From contig CBDCJO010000002.1 of assembly GCA_965217865.1 (NCBI GenBank), positions 3,968,001 to 4,032,000 on the forward strand: a stretch of 64,000 nucleotides of DNA. The letters run 5' to 3'. The notes below the pieces were generated by a model, which saw only the letters and a list, made by a program, of their open reading frames with translations, had not been told where the DNA came from and did not search any database. This DNA is from Candidatus Latescibacterota bacterium. Lineage in GTDB: Bacteria > Latescibacterota > UBA2968 > SICM01. Below, piece after piece: positions 19,220 to 29,600 of the stretch (positions are counted from its first letter, which is position 1; each line of letters opens with the position of its first letter). The translations under genes were made by a program, and so were the position numbers.

Positions 19220-22200
19220 ATGAATAAACAGCCCCCTTTTACTCGACCTCACGCGTTTGAAAATCGCAAATTGTGGATCTTCGCCTTCAGATTTGCAATT
19301 TCCTGATCTTTTCGGATGGCTGGTCCGCTGATCGTAGTGCCGCTCCGCGAATCGCCCCCACGATTGCCCGTCTGTCCTTCTGGTTGTCCCCTGACCGGTT
19401 CAGCGAGTTCGAGACGACATACCGAGAAAAACTTGTGCCTATCCTGAAGAAGCACGGTCTGGAGGAATCTTCGGAACGTGGACGCGCGACAATAGACGGG
19501 GTGTTCAGCCGTCTGTTCGAGGTGAGGGCGCCATCGGAGATTCCTGAAAGGAATAACGCCCTGCGAAATGACACAGCCTGGACTGCGATCCTGAAGGCGT
19601 TAGGGGAGAGTTTCGGAACCAACCGTAATGATGGAACGATTCGCCACAGCCTTCACCTTTATGCCGCGCCAGGAGCGCCTCCCAGAGTCGTATCTGCGGG
19701 TACAGGCAAGATCGTGCCCGCCGGGACAGGGAGGGGCCACTGGCGCACCTATGACGTGACGGACGGTTTGGCCGACGTGAATGTACAAGACATCCTACAG
19801 GATCGAGAGGGTGCCCTCTGGTTCGCCACCTCTAACGGTGTGAGCCGGTACGATCCCCTTCGACTCGCTGACGCTCGCTCAGGGCAGGCTTCGACAAGCT
19901 CAGGACAGGCTCTCCTTCGACTGTCCGGCACAAAGCGCAGCTCCGCTCGTGACATAGTGTTATCGATCATCCAGGACCGGGACGGGGAGATCTGGTTTGG
20001 AACCACAGGAGGGGTAGGGCGGTACGACGGGAAATCCTTATACCACTTTTACCAAGAAAGATGGACTGGCGGACAATTATGTGGTGACGGTCTTTGAAGA
20101 TCGGGATGGCACTATCTGGTTCGGAACCGAGGGGGGCGGTGTGAGCCGGTACGATAGGAAAAAATGGGAAACTTTCACCACCCGGGATGGGCTGGCGAAT
20201 AATTATGTAACAGAGATTTTTCAAGATTCAAAAGGAAATCTATGGATCGGCACGGAAGGCGGGGGGCTTAGTCGGTATAATGAACAGAAATTTGTCACTT
20301 TCACCACGAAAGACGGTCTTGGGGATAATCGAGTGGAGACGATCTTTGAGGACAGGGAGGGGGTTCTCTGGGTCGGCACCCAGGGGGGAGGTGTATCGCG
20401 GTTTGACGGGACGAGGTTTTCGACCTTCACCACGGAAGACGGCCTGGCCAATAATGTGGTGCGGTCGATCTTTCAGCACCGGGAAGGGCATCTCTGGTTC
20501 GGCACGGGCGGTGGTTTAAGCCAGTATAGCGGGCCGTCCTTTACCTCTTTTGCAGCCCGGGACGGCCTGGGGAACAACCAGGTGGAGACGATCTTTGAGG
20601 ATGGGGACGGGATTCTCTGGATCGGAACCGATGGCTCAGGTGTGAGTCGGTATGATGGGGGTGACCTTTACGCGCTTTACCGTACAGGATGGCCTGGCCA
20701 ATAATGAGGTTCGTTCGATCTTTCAGGATCGAGATGGAGTACTCTGGTTCGGCACCCGGGGCGGGATGAGCCGGTATGATGGCGTGACATTCACCAATTT
20801 TACGTTGGAGGGTGTGCTGGGGCATGATGAGATTCAATCGATTTTTCGAGACCGGGAGGGAAATCTCTGGTTCAGCGTTGAAGGGGGCGGGCTCATCCGG
20901 AATAATCCCTCCGGAGCCGAAAGGTCCTGGACGGTTTTCACCTCCGAGGATGGGGTGGGTCGGCATACGGTGTTTTCGATCTTTCAGGACCGGGATGGTA
21001 TTCTCTGGTTCGGCACCATGGGCGGGGGTGTGAGCCGGTTTGACCCTTCCGGCTCCGTAGGCCATGGACAGAGATTTATCACTTATACAGAACAGGATGG
21101 CGTTGGGCACAACGATGTGTTTTCTATCTTTCAAGACAGGGAGGGGTTCCTCTGGTTCGGTACGCAAGGCGGAGGGGTGAGTCGGTATGATGGTCAGGCT
21201 TTTACAACATTTACGACCCAGGACGGCCTGGCCAACAATGTGGTGCGATCGATCATTCAGGACCGGGAGGGCCATCTCTGGTTCGGAACATACGGCGGGG
21301 GCGTAAGCCGTTATGACGGGAATGACTTTCAGACTATGGACCTTCGGGACGGTCTTGCGGGCAACCAGGTGCTCTCCGTCATTCAGGATCGGAACGGTAA
21401 TCTCTGGTTCGGAACTTACGGCGGGTTGACGCGATATCGACAGCCTCTCTCGTCCGCTCCTCTGGTGTCTATCGAAGCGGTGGTGGCGGACCGCCGGTAT
21501 ACCGTCGGATCCGAACTGGAAATTCCCTCGAGTGTAAATCTGACTGCCTTTGAATTCAAGGGGATCAGTTTCAAGACCCGGGCGGAGTCGATGGTTTACA
21601 GGTATCGGTTGAAAGGCTACGACGAGGTCTGGAAGTCCACCCGCGCCCGGCGTGTGGAATACCCGGACCTTCCGAGAGGGGACTACACGTTCGAGGTGAG
21701 GGCAGTGGACCGGGACTTGGTGCCGTCGGACCGACCGGCATCGGTGACGATGCGAATACGCCTGCCTTATGAAAGAATCGCCTGGGTTTCAGCACTTGGC
21801 ATCGCTATAGGACTGATCGCCTGGCAGACAACCCGCGTGGTCCAGCGGGGACTTCGGCTGCGGGAAGGCGAGGCGCGGTTTCGGGGACTGTCAGAGGCCA
21901 CTTTCGAGGGGATTGCGCTCCACGAAGATGGTAAGATCCTGGATGCGAATCGGGCCCTGGCCACGATGTTCGGATATGATCCCTCTGGGATAATCGGAAA
22001 GACCGCCGCAGAGCTGTCTACTCCGGAATCGCACGGAATTGTCTACAAGAATATTCAATCCGGATATGATAGACCGTATGAGGTGGTGGGTTTGAAAAAG
22101 GATGGATCCACCTTTCCGATTGAGGTCATCGGCAGGGACGTTCCCTATCGTGGGCGCATCGTCAGGGTCACTGCGATTCGGGATCTCACGGATCGTAGAC

Positions 22201-23477
22201 GGGCGGAGGAGGAGCGGGCGAAGCTGGATGAACAGCTACAGCAGCTTCGCTATCTCTACCGGCTGCGGACCGCGATGGCGGGCGGACGGTCGCCGGAGGA
22301 GATCATTCGTAAGGCAGGCGAATCCGTGATGGAGGTTCTGTCGGTTTCAGGTGCGGGGGGCGCTCTGATCGATTACGATGCACGGACTTATAAGTTTGGG
22401 GAAACGGAGGGTGAGAACCTGATTCGTTACAAACGTCCGGTCGCCTGGGGGGAGCGGGAGCGGGGGGTCTTGCGGCTTTTCTGCAGCGTCAAACTGAGCG
22501 AGTCGCAGGAGCGTGCGCTCCTGGACGAGACGGCAGCGCAGATGGCACGGGCCCTGGAAGCGCGTGATCTGGAGCTGCAGCTTTTGGAATCCGCCCGATT
22601 GGTCTCCCTGGGGCAGATGGCTGCAGGCGTTGCCCACGAGATGAATCAGCCTCTGGGGGCGATCTCGGCCACGACGGAGGACTATTTCCTGAGATTAAGA
22701 GAAGGCATGGCGGTCTCTGACGAGCAGTGGACAGAGATGTTGAAACGGATTCTGGGCATGGTGGACCGCATGTCGGGCACGGTGGAGCATCTGCGGGCTT
22801 TTTCGCGAGACTCCTCAGAGGAGCGGGGTGTGCGGATGTCCGTAAAAGAGGTGATTCAGTCGGGTCTGGGCCTTATCGGGACTCAACTCAAGAACCACGG
22901 GATCGATCTGCATACCGAATTTGGGGAAGATGTGCCGGAGGTAAGAGGCCATCCTCGCCAGCTGGAACAGGTTTTTCTCAACCTGATCGGTAATGCGAGA
23001 GATGCGCTGGACGAGAAGGATGAAACCGTGGATCGTGGATCGTGGATCGTGGATCGTGAAATGACAGGCGGGAGGCAGGCGGTAAAGGCGCAAATAGGTT
23101 ATGACGAGTCACGAGTCACGAACCACGAATCACGTGGAGGGAGAGGGGATGGGACTAAGGGATGGGCGAAGCGTTTGATCATCCGGACCCGGCAAGAGGG
23201 TGACGATGTTGTGGCGGAGGTGGAGGACAACGGCGTTGGGATCGAGGAGGAGAATGTCGGACGGGTGTTCGAGCCGTTCTTCACGACCAAGGAGGCGGAT
23301 AAGGGAACGGGATTGGGGCTGTCGATTTCGTATGCGATTGTGAAGAACCACGGGGGAGAGATTGTGTGTGAGAGTCGGAAGGGGGAAGGTACGGTGTTTA
23401 GGGTGAGATTGCCGTGGGAAGAACGTGAAACGGCAAACGTGAGACGTGAGACTAGGAAAGTGAAACGTGAGACGTGA
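19220..23477 (+). CDS. Beta-propeller (Reg_prop)-YYY-TM-PAS-HisKA-HATPase sensor histidine kinase, split by 2-3 single-base frameshifts
   Basis: Repeated 'SIFQDRDGxLWFGTxGGVSRYDG'; YRYRLKGYD..W (YYY); PAS KKDGSTFPIEV; H-box VAHEMNQP; N-box NLIGNARDA; G-box GTGLGL. Frame breaks at ~20040 and 20657-20661, and probably at 19299-19301. Confidence 0.88.
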
Positions 23478-23538
23478 GACGTGAGAGGGGAGTCCGCCGC
23501 AAGCGGACTTTAGATCCTCAAACGGCAGACGTGAAACG
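23421..23538 (+). repeat. Left heptamer array (A[AG]ACGTG / AAACGGC)n upstream of the four-helix-bundle gene
   Basis: GAAACGTGAGACGTGAGACGTGAGA and similar units. The array also encodes the kinase tail (VRRETRKVKRET). Confidence 0.9.
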
Positions 23539-23549
23539 AGGGGATTGTC

Positions 23550-23912
23550 ATGTTGGATTTGCGTCATAAGAATCTGGAGGTTTGGAAAGCCAGTATAGAC
23601 TTCGTAAGTGACATATACCAATTGACAGGAAGTTTCCCCCAAAAGGAGTTGTACGGCATCACCAGTCAACTGAGAAGGGCTGCTGTCTCCGTCCCGTCAA
23701 ACCTCGCAGAAGGCTGTTCTCGGAGCTCTCCACTTGAGCGGAAGCGGTTTTACGAAATTGCCCGCTCCTCCTTGGTTGAGATGGATACCCATTTTGAGAT
23801 CTCCAGAAGGCTCGGATACTGCTCGGAAAATGATCTTAAAACGCTTTCAGAGAAAATGAATCATATTTTTGCCCTGCTTTCTCGGTTGCTTAAAAAAACG
23901 CAAGCATCATAA
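23550..23912 (+). CDS. Four helix bundle protein (23S rRNA IVP / TIGR02436-type)
   Basis: L.VW..S, FPQKELYGITSQLRRAAVSVPSNLAEG, FYEIARSSLVE and LGY signature. Confidence 0.93.
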   Translation: MLDLRHKNLEVWKASIDFVSDIYQLTGSFPQKELYGITSQLRRAAVSVPSNLAEGCSRSSPLERKRFYEIARSSLVEMDTHFEISRRLGYCSENDLKTLSEKMNHIFALLSRLLKKTQAS

Positions 23913-23958
23913 GCGTGATTTCACTGCCTGATATTGCCCAGGTATAGTAGACACAGAG

Positions 23959-24816
23959 TTAAGTGAATTTCTGTTCGAAGTCATCTGGGCTCATCTGGTT
24001 AATATAGGAGTGCCTGCGTATCTTGTTGTAAAATCCTTCGATGTATTCGAACAACGCCAACGCGGCTTGCTCTCGATCTGGATAGATCATTCCGTCGACT
24101 TCCTCTGTCTTGAGCCTTGCAAAGAAGGATTCAACAACGGCATTGTCATAACAATTTCCCTTTCTTGCCATGCTGGATCGGAAGCCGTTTTTGTCCAGCT
24201 CGGCTCTCAGGGCCTCACTGGTGAACTGGTTTCCCCTATCTGAGTGGAAGATGAGCCCCGGTTGCGGCTTGCGTCGCCGACAGGCCATCCGAAATGCCCG
24301 TAAGACCAGATCCGCCGTCATAAGACAGCCTGTGGACCAGCCTACGACTTTGCGAGCAAACAGATCCAACACCACGCACAGGTAAAGATATCCCCGTCGC
24401 GTGCGGATATAGGTGATATCCGATGCCCAGACCTTGTCCGGCTTATTCACCTGAAACTGCTGCTTCACCAGATCCCGGGACGCCAAACCGATGCCACCTT
24501 TGGTCAGCACCCGGAACCGACGCTTCGGCTTTCCCTGGATGCCGCAGGCCCGCATCAGCCGCGCAACACGATTACGGCTGCACATAATGCCTTCAGCCTT
24601 GAGATCTTGCGTTATCCGAGGACTGCCATACGCCCTCTTCCTGGAATGCTGATGCACTCTTCGAATGTGCTCAATCAGAGCACGATCGCGCTTGCATCGA
24701 CCACTTTCTGGCTCCTGGTGCCAGGCATAATAACCGCTTGGATCAACCTCCAGCACCCGGCACATCCGCCGTATCGGAAACTGACCCCGGTGCTCTTCGA
24801 TAAAGGCGTATCTCAT
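23959..24816 (-). CDS. IS3 transposase OrfB (DDE integrase core)
   Basis: YGSPRI, WASDITYI, HSDRGNQF, DNAVVESFF and YNKIRRHS motifs. Confidence 0.95.
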   Translation of the reverse strand: MRYAFIEEHRGQFPIRRMCRVLEVDPSGYYAWHQEPESGRCKRDRALIEHIRRVHQHSRKRAYGSPRITQDLKAEGIMCSRNRVARLMRACGIQGKPKRRFRVLTKGGIGLASRDLVKQQFQVNKPDKVWASDITYIRTRRGYLYLCVVLDLFARKVVGWSTGCLMTADLVLRAFRMACRRRKPQPGLIFHSDRGNQFTSEALRAELDKNGFRSSMARKGNCYDNAVVESFFARLKTEEVDGMIYPDREQAALALFEYIEGFYNKIRRHSYINQMSPDDFEQKFT

Positions 24817-25109
24817 TGGGACCGGTTGGAGAAGTAGGCCAGCGCTTTTTTTAGGATGTCTCGCTCTTGCTCGACCTGGGAAAGCTTGCGCTTCAGATCG
24901 TAGACCTCCTGGCCTTCCGTTGTCCGCTTCCCGTGACCCGGAAACACATCATCCGGATGCTTCTGAAACTGACCGATCCATCGATACAACACGCCTTCTG
25001 GAATGTCCCATTCCAGGGAAACTGCCTTCACCTTCTCGCCGTCCACCAGTACCTTACGAACGGACTCCAACTTGAACTGACGATCGTACCGCCTGCAACG
25101 ACGTACCAT
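24813..25109 (-). CDS. IS3 transposase OrfA (HTH)
   Basis: RRYDRQFKLESV...ERDILKKALAYF; A7G slippery site at 24845-24852 (minus strand); ATGA overlap with orfB. Confidence 0.92.
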   Translation of the reverse strand: MVRRCRRYDRQFKLESVRKVLVDGEKVKAVSLEWDIPEGVLYRWIGQFQKHPDDVFPGHGKRTTEGQEVYDLKRKLSQVEQERDILKKALAYFSNRSQ

Positions 25110-25165
25110 AGAGGACACCTCCCTTATCTGGGTGTCCACTAAATCGGGGCAAGATTAGCCTAGCC

Positions 25166-25199
25166 TTTTCCCGTCTCACGTTTCACGTCTCACGTTTCC
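25166..25199 (-). repeat. Right heptamer array, inverted relative to 23421..23538
   Basis: TTTTCCCGTCTCACGTTTCACGTCTCACGTTTCC is the reverse complement of GGAAACGTGAGACGTGAAACGTGAGACGGGAAAA. Confidence 0.9.
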
Positions 25200-25210
25200 A
25201 GGTCCATCTG

Positions 25211-25811
25211 ATGTCCCCACCTAACTCACATCGTGGCCTTTCTATTTTACTCATCGACGACGACTCCGCCGTCCTGACTGCTGTAGGCGATTATCTGAGC
25301 ACACGGGAACACCGGGTATTCCCCGCTGAGGAAGGCGCGGAAGGTCTGGAGATCCTGCGGCGCGAGGAGATCGACATCGTGATCACGGATATCAGGATGC
25401 CGGGGACGGGCGGGTTCGAGGTACTCCGGGAGGTTCGGAAAACGTCTCCGGGTACAGAGGTCATCATGGTGACGGGGTACGGGGACATCGACGGTTATTC
25501 TTTGCAAAGATGGCTGGATCACGCGGAAGGAGATGCGGTTTGAGCCATCCGGCGTGTCGCGATTCGATAAAACCAAGGACCAGGAAGAAGGGGGTTCGAG
25601 CGACGATACCGCGTCCGATCTGAGCGGTGCGCTTCGTGCGGTCTCGGAGAAGGGGTTGAACCTATCCGGAATAGAGGCGGAAGCGATCCGGGAAGCATTA
25701 AGAAGAACCCAAGGAAGTCAAGGACAGGCGGCGGCGCTTCTCGGTCTTTCCCGGTTCGCGCTTCGGAGGAGAATGGGGATTTACGGGATCGAGGCAGGGC
25801 GGAAAGAATGA
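25211..25811 (+). pseudogene. NtrC-type sigma54-dependent response regulator with the central AAA+ domain deleted
   Basis: The receiver (LIDDD, ITDIRMPG, VTGYG) breaks at ~25492 before the conserved Lys. Another frame then reads VILCKDGWIT...IEAEAIREALRRTQGSQGQAAALLGLSRFALRRRM (end of AAA lid plus Fis HTH). Confidence 0.8.
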
Positions 25812-25883
25812 GAACGAAATTATGAAATTGAAAAATTTCCAACTTATTGCGGGCTTCGCTTCGTTCGGTCACAACAAAAAAGT

Positions 25884-25950
25884 GTAGAAGGCATCGCGCG
25901 GGAATGAATTCCCGCGCTACGTATAAAAAGTCCGCCACAGGCGGACTCCC
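25884..25950. repeat. REP-like double hairpin, copy 2
   Basis: Direct near-identical copy of 18640..18705. Confidence 0.85.
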
Positions 25951-26037
25951 CACCTTTGACTACGGACTCCCCCGTCTCCCGACTATCCTGTTCATTCCCG
26001 CACACCCACGTTAAGTCTCCGCACTACATCCTTCCCT

Positions 26038-26059
26038 AAATGTGCGTATCCGCACATTT
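26038..26059. promoter_or_regulatory. Perfect palindrome, candidate activator (bEBP) binding site
   Basis: AAATGTGCG-TATC-CGCACATTT, with extra CCGCAC half-sites upstream. Confidence 0.5.
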
Positions 26060-26218
26060 CCTCCTTCAGATCAACTCCAGATTTACGTATAATCATCTGG
26101 CATATTGATTAATGAGAGCCGGCAGACGGTAAACGTGAAACGGCAGACGGAAAACCGATCAAGATTCTTTCCGTATGTCGTTTTCGCAAATTTTGGACAG
26201 GCTGTCCCCAGGGACTTC

Positions 26219-26596
26219 ATGAAAATCCTACTGGTCGACGACGATAAGATGGTCCTTCAGACCATCGGTGACTTCCTGACGCGCCACGGTCATGACTTGA
26301 GGACGGCCTACGACGGCGCAGAGGCGCTCATCCAAATAAAAGAATCGTCTCCGAACCTCGTGATCAGCGACATCCAGATGCCGGGGATGGACGGGATCGA
26401 CTTCCTGAAGGCGATCCGGGAGCGCTTTCCGGACCTGCCCGTTATTCTCACCACGGGTTATGCAACGGCGGACACCGCAATTTCAGCGCTGCGCAACAGG
26501 GCATACGACTACCTGAAAAAGCCGATTCGGCTCGAGGAGCTTCAGGCATGTATCGAGAGTGTGGAGGAAAAATTGGGGGCTGAGCAAAACGGATGA
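26219..26596 (+). CDS. Single-domain response regulator (receiver only)
   Basis: MKILLVDDD, ISDIQMPGMDG, TTGYA and YDYLKKP motifs. Confidence 0.9.
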   Translation: MKILLVDDDKMVLQTIGDFLTRHGHDLRTAYDGAEALIQIKESSPNLVISDIQMPGMDGIDFLKAIRERFPDLPVILTTGYATADTAISALRNRAYDYLKKPIRLEELQACIESVEEKLGAEQNG

Positions 26597-26645
26597 TCTT
26601 GGTTAGGGGATTAGTTCACCATTGTTCAATTCGGAGGGATCACCA

Positions 26646-29600
26646 ATGAAACTGTTCCGAAAATTTTCGATTCCAATGGCAACGCTGGTGTGCTGCGTAC
26701 TCGGATTCGCTGCCCAGGCGGGTGCCGGATCAGATATCATCACCACGATCGTTGGAGGCGGCGAGGCGGGCGGGCCCCTCGGGGACGGCGGCCCGGCAAC
26801 CAGCGCCGTGCTTAACAACCCGACAAGTGTGATCCTGGACAGTGCCGGCAATTTCTACATCGCCGACGAGAGAAACTATAGAATTCGCAAGGTCGATACT
26901 TCCGGAATTATATCAACGATCGCCGGAACCGGAGAATCGGGAAATTCAGGGGATGGCGGGCCGGCGATTGAAGCGAAGATGAGCCCAGAGGACATCGCAT
27001 TGGATTCCAGCGGCAACCTCTACATCCTCGGGAGTTCAGCGGAGTATGGGGTTGGGATTGTCCGCAAGGTCGATCCTGCCGGCGTGATCACCACGGTCGC
27101 GGGCGGTGGGCACTTGGGCATCCTGGGCGACGACAGTCTGGCCACGGAAGTCACGTTTTCTTTTGCAACAGGGATCCACGTTGATGAAGCCGGCAACCTT
27201 TACATTGCAGATGCTGGCGCTTCCCGCATCCGGAAGGTGGACCCCACGGGTATCATCACGACCGTCGCGGGGAACGGCACGGGCGGGTATTCCGGTGACG
27301 GAGGCGCGGCCATTGACGCCAGCCTGGGTAGCCCGCAAGATATTTTCGTTGACAACAATGGAGACCTCTACATCGCAGAACGGTTTAACGGTGTGATCCG
27401 CAAAGTCGATCCCTCGGGGATCATCACCACTGTTGCTGGAAACGGCAACAACGAAGCCCGATTGAGCGCGCCTAATGACATCTTCGTCGATGGAGGTGGA
27501 AACCTCTACATCGCCTCCAGTTCAGAAATTCGCCGGGTTGATCCATCCGGCATTATCACCACCATCGCCGGGGGAGGATTTGGAGATCTGGGCGACGGCG
27601 GCCCGGCCACCGAAGCCACCCTGAATAACCCGGCGGGTATCTTCGTGGACGGCTCCGGCAACCTCTACATCGCCGATACGGGAAACAACCGGATCCGCAA
27701 GGTGGCGCCGGCTTCTTTCCAGATCGCGTTGACTGCCACGCCGGATTTCATTTTGGAGTTGGAATCTTCGACGATTCGCGCGGAAATCCAGGACCGGGAC
27801 GGCAACCTGCAAAGCGATGACAATTCCACGGTCGTGACCTTCCGGATTACCAGCGGCGAAGGGACCCTGTCGGACGAAGAGGTGACCGCCTCGGGCGGGG
27901 TCGCGACCACCACCCTGACCTCTGAGACGGTCGGGGTCGTTAACATTGTGGCCGGTGCGCCAGATTCCGAAGATGGAATCCTGTCCGTCGAAGTGAAAGG
28001 CCCACAGGTGGTCATCTCGCTGACGGCCGACCCGAGTATTGTAACGGCAGACGGCTCCGATGCCTCCACCTTACGTGTGGAAGTCCGCGATCTGAGCGGC
28101 AACCTGAAGACCGGTGACAACAGTACCGTCGTGACCTTCCGCATCATGGGGGGGTTCGTATCCGAGGGCGGAGGGAGTCTGTCTTTCGAATCGGTAACCG
28201 CTTCGGGCGGGGTGGCCACCACGACCTTTAGAGGCAGCATGCCCGGTCAGGTGATCGTTGAGGCCGCCGCGTCGGGCGCGAGGGAGGTGACCGTGATCGT
28301 GTCCGTGTTGCGGGTTCCGTCGCAAACCGGGCCGTTCGGTCCCCCGCCGGTTTTGGAGATCGGGCCGGGTGAAATTGGCACGATTGCGGGGGGTTGGATC
28401 GGTGACGGGGGCCCCGCCACCGAGGCCGGCCTGAGCTCTCCGAGAGACCTTTTTGTGGACGGAGCCGGAAACCTCTACATCGCGGACAATGGAAACAATC
28501 GCATCCGCAAAGTCCACACCTCCGGCATCATAACAACGGTTGCGGGAACCGGCGATAAGGGTTTTAAGGTCGACGAAGGCGGACCCGCAACCGACGCGCA
28601 GATAGCCCTTCCGCTTGCCGTCACGGTCGATGCGTTGGGCAACATTTACCTTGCCCAATTTCGCACAGTGTGGAAGGTCGATACCTCGGGCATCATCACC
28701 AGAGTGGCCGGGTCGGGCTCTATATTGGACACTGGCGGCGACGGCGAACCGGCCACGGATACGAAAGTGGAGGGAATCACCGCAATTGCCGTGGACGGCT
28801 CCGGCAACCTTTTCATAGCACAAGAGAACAACCGGATCCGCAAAGTCGACCCGTCGGGCATCATCTCCACTGCGGCGAGTGTAGACGAACCGCTCAGCCT
28901 GGCGGTAGACGCATCAGGCAATCTCTACATATTGAGAAGGGACAGAAGCAGGAGCGTGACCCTCGTCGCAAAGATGGCCCCTTCGGGGACCATCACAACA
29001 ATTGCGGGCGGGGGCGGGGGGGGTGGCATACTCATCGAAGGCAGTCCGGCAACCGAGTTCCAACTTCTTGCCTCCTCGATCTCCGTGGACGCCGCGGGCA
29101 ACCTTTACATCTTGGGGAATGACAGGGTTTTGCGGGTGGATCTCTCGGGCGCCCTCACTACGGTGGCGGCCAATATCGGCCGTGGAACCGGCATAGCTCT
29201 AAATAGTGCGGGTGAGGTCTACTTCGCTGACGACGTTGATCACCGTGTGCGTAAAATCGGGACCGACGGCAGCATTGTCACCGTTGCAGGATCGATCGGC
29301 GACGGCCGACCTGCGACCCAGGTCAGCTTTATAAGCCCGCAGGGCATTACCATGGACAACGCGGGGAACATCTACATCGCGGATTCGGGCAACGGACGCG
29401 TTCGAAGAGTCGACCCGACCGGCACGATTTCCACAGTCGCCGGCGGGGGCACGGCGAGGGGGTCGGGCTTTCCCTTCATTGAATTCGTCGGTCCGGCCAC
29501 GGAAGCCGCGTTGAACCCCAGCGGGCTGGCCCTGGACGCGTCCGGCAACCTGTACGTGGTAGAATGGCAAGGCCACCGGATTCGGAAGGTGGACACGTCG

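Larger units (their letters stand above)
23929..25157 (-). mobile_element. IS3-family insertion sequence, 1229 bp, apparently intact
   Basis: Imperfect 26-bp IRs TGATATTGCCCAGGTATAGTAGACAC / TAATCTTGCCCCGATTTAGTGGACAC (20/26 match); 3-bp target duplication GCC at 23926-28 and 25158-60; orfA plus orfB. Confidence 0.95.

Noticed and set aside
24845-24852. A7G slippery site as a novel recoding signal
   Set aside because: This is the standard IS3-family -1 frameshift signal.
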